Origin: Camelus dromedarius | Taxonomy: Eukaryota | Assembly: GCF_036321535.1 (NCBI RefSeq) | Contig: NC_087437.1 | Coordinates: forward strand, 100,194,001-100,258,000 | Direction of reading: 5' to 3' | DNA: 64,000 bases | Shown here: piece by piece, positions 61,378-64,000 of the stretch | Layout of the letters: every line of letters starts with the position of its first letter | Position numbering within the stretch: position 1 is the stretch's first letter | Position numbers and translations under genes: made by a program | Notes under the pieces: generated by a model | The model's input: the letters and a program-made list of their open reading frames with translations, nothing else | Database searches by the model: none | What the model was told of the DNA's origin: nothing

Positions 61378-62657
61378 AGCTGAACTAGAGGTATAATCAC
61401 GTTTGATCTGAATTTAATTAATTAATCCAAACTATTAAAGATCCTGAAAAGTAACCATCTGGTTACAGAGGAATGAAAGCTAAAGATTTAAGAGGTGATT
61501 TTACCTTAAGCAGAGGGTCTGTACTGGAAATAAACATGGTTATTCTCTCCACATTTTGTTTTCACTTCCTTAGAAAGCTTAGCAGTCACATGACCCTGCT
61601 GGCTCTCTTGGCCAGAAGAAATGAGTAACTCACCCAATAAGAGAGCTTTTACATAAGCCACTTTCTTATCTGCTAGAATTTGAGTGAGCTCTCTCAGCCT
61701 CACCGCTTGTTTTCCTGGGAGTTTACACATAATAAAATACACACAATGACCCTCTTACTCTTCTTTTACCAGAAGATGATTTAATACTGAGTAGCCTTGA
61801 AATGTAAATCTCCGTATCAAATAGCAAGCTACTTGCCTTCACCTGGGCTAAGGATGTATTAGAGTGAAAGTCAAAACAACTTTATGCAAAGCTAGCACAC
61901 CAAGTCCATCCAAAGGCTCCTAGGAGATCACCAATTTTTTTCAGGATTATATGCAGGATATGAAATTCTTTGAACTAACAGATCATCCTTTCTCCTAAAT
62001 TCCATGAAGCTTTGCTGACCATTAGCTGAACTTTCAAAGCAAACATAATGTTTTTAGCATTTCTGTTTCTGTCAAAATATGACTTACACCAGAAGAGAGG
62101 GAATTTCCACAGGAGAACCTTATCTAACCTATCACATTAGGACATCAGGATTTGTTTGTCTTGAACCAGACAGTAACACTTTTAGAGCTGAAAATACCTT
62201 TGAGGTTGCCTAATTCACCCTCATCAGTTTACAGATAAGCACCGCGATCTATAATGCCTTTACCGGGTCAGTATTTGAGCTGGAGGAACCAGAGGTGGGT
62301 TCTGAACGGTAAGTTCTTGGTGCGGTAGAAACTGAGCTGGGACTGGCAGGCTGGTGTCAAACCTGCTGAAGTCCCGCACCTGAAATTCAAGGCTTGAAAG
62401 GAACAGTCAGAGGCTGAGCAGAGCCTAACACTGGATATCAAGGCTAGGACTGATTTCTCAGAAGCAGCAGGTGGGGATGGGGCAGCCCCGAGAGCCAGGT
62501 GCTCTGGTCAAACCGGGCATTCCTCTGGGAGGTCGCTGTGGAGAGAAGGCAGATTAAAATTTTGTGGGAAAGCACAGACCTGGGGCGGAAATGCAATGCC
62601 TGTCACAAGCTATGGAAGCACCATCCCATTTTCTTTCTCCTTAAAAATATCTGCTCT

Positions 62658-63410
62658 CACAGATAGCTGCCTGGTGGTTACCAGAGGCTGGGGAGAGGGG
62701 AGAATGAGGAGTTATTGTTTAATGGGTACAGTTTCATTTGGGGATGTGGACCAAAAAAAAAAAAAAAAAAAACTGTTGCCTGCCATTTCAGTAAACAAAA
62801 AATATCGTCAGCCATTCCAGTAAACAACAGAGTGTTGCCCTCCATCAAGTCATCAGCCACTGCAACCCCTGCAGTGTGCCCTGAGGGGAATTCAGGATGG
62901 AGAAAAACCAGTTCCTGGCCTTAGACAGTTAAGGTGTTTGCCAAAGGAATAAATTCAGTGAGCCCAGATTCTTGTATCTACATATTCATCAAAAAGCACT
63001 GAAATTGTTAACCTCCAAAGTCTGTTCTTTGTGACTAGCAGTAATCTTTTGATGTTCAACTACATGTGTTTTTGTCTTTGTTTTTGTTTTTTAGCAAAAA
63101 CTCTTACGTATTCTGGCTTCTCCCTAACTTCTTTGGAGCTATCTGAGAGGCTGTATCCAGGGCTATAGTTCTCAGTAAGTTCCCTAAATATAATATAACT
63201 CTCAACTTTTAAGTATGTGTTTTAAGTTTTAAGTGTTTAAGCTTTTTGTTTGTTTTCAGTTGATACAGAAGATGAAAAAGTTCTAGAGATGGATGGTGAT
63301 GATGGCTGCATGACAGTGTAAGTGTACCTACTGCCACTGAAATTTACACTTAAAAATGGTTAAAATGGCAATTTTTTTAATTATTTATACTTCACCACAA
63401 TTAAAAAAAA
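62658..63410 (+). mobile_element. L1MB-like 3' end split by an LTR
   Basis: GTGGTTACCAGAGGCTGGGGAGAGG..TTTAATGGGTACAGTTTCATTTGGG | GAAGATGAAAAAGTTCTAGAGATGGATGGTG..CACTTAAAAATGGTTAAAATGG. Confidence 0.85.
62745..63267 (+). mobile_element. ERV1-type solo LTR
   Basis: TG...CA-bounded ~520 bp insert within L1MB; CCCTGAGGGGAATTCAGGATGGAG; 3' AAATATAATATAACTCTCAACTTTT..TTTTCAGTTGA. Confidence 0.7.
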
Positions 63411-63799
63411 GTCATTAGTTCTTAGTTCACCAACATCTTCTGCCTTCTGAATAAATTTCTCATTCTCATTTTTTTAATTCCAAAAATTCAAGAATTCTGC
63501 TTGAGAAAATCATTACCAGACTGATAATCACTTGATAGACAGTGAAATCTCTGAGCAAATTTAATTTTTTTAATCTTGTCAGAAGCAGTTGGTAAACAAA
63601 GGACAAAAAAAAAAAGCTGTAAATTTTAGAAAATTTTCTGGTTTTCACAACCACAAGGAAAAATGTTAGTTCCCAACACTACTTTACCAAAATAAAAAAT
63701 ATCTTTCAAAATAAGTAAATAACAGAGAACTGTCCACTTGTAAGCAATTAAAACATGGAAAAGAAACAGGAAGCAGAGCCTTGTAGAATTCTTGCTGGG

Positions 63800-63930
63800 T
63801 GTCATTTAATCATTTAATCGCCATTTTACAGTCGTGGAAACAGGATTAGAGAGGTTAAGTATGTTACCCAAGGTCACAGTCTGGAAGAACAAGGTCTAGC
63901 CTAAAATCTAAAGCAGCCTCCAAATCTTCA
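63800..63930 (-). mobile_element. MIR SINE
   Basis: CCATTTTACAG..GGAAAC..AGAGAGGTTAAGT..CCCAAGGTCACAG. Confidence 0.7.
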
Positions 63931-64000
63931 TTGTTCACTATTTGTTCTTCATATGCAAATACATTTCTTGCTTCAGGCTACGTAATCAGTTTAAATAATG

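Noticed and set aside
1..64000. Assignment of the window to a named host gene
   Set aside because: No coding exon was recognised; locus identity needs alignment to a reference genome.

Overview
Mammalian, AT-rich, repeat-dense non-coding DNA (intergenic or deep intronic). It is most likely camelid, because it carries five copies of a tRNA-derived SINE resembling Vic-1 plus young L1 3' ends. I could not recognise any host protein-coding exon; the only ORFs with real homology are decayed LINE-1 ORF1/ORF2 pieces. A large share of the window is interspersed repeat: a ~5.5 kb minus-strand L1, a 5'-half L1, many L1 3' ends, MaLR/ERVL/ERV1 LTRs, MIR, L2 and hAT MITEs (MER5, MER3, MER20). The most notable structures are: (1) a full-length U6 snRNA/L1 chimeric retrocopy with an 18-bp target-site duplication (TSD); (2) a ~1.1 kb block whose repeats show strongly AT->GC-skewed divergence and which ends in poly(A), either a 3' transduction or a GC-biased gene conversion (gBGC) tract; (3) a ~390 bp non-repeat, poly(A)-tailed insert splitting an MLT2 LTR; (4) two twin-primed, 5'-inverted L1s and several multi-layer nestings; (5) candidate cis-regulatory modules and a possible two-exon transcript start at 26.6-28.9 kb. 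I cannot support a novel protein-based system. Repeat subfamily names come from recalled consensus motifs, not a database search, and boundaries of old repeats are approximate.
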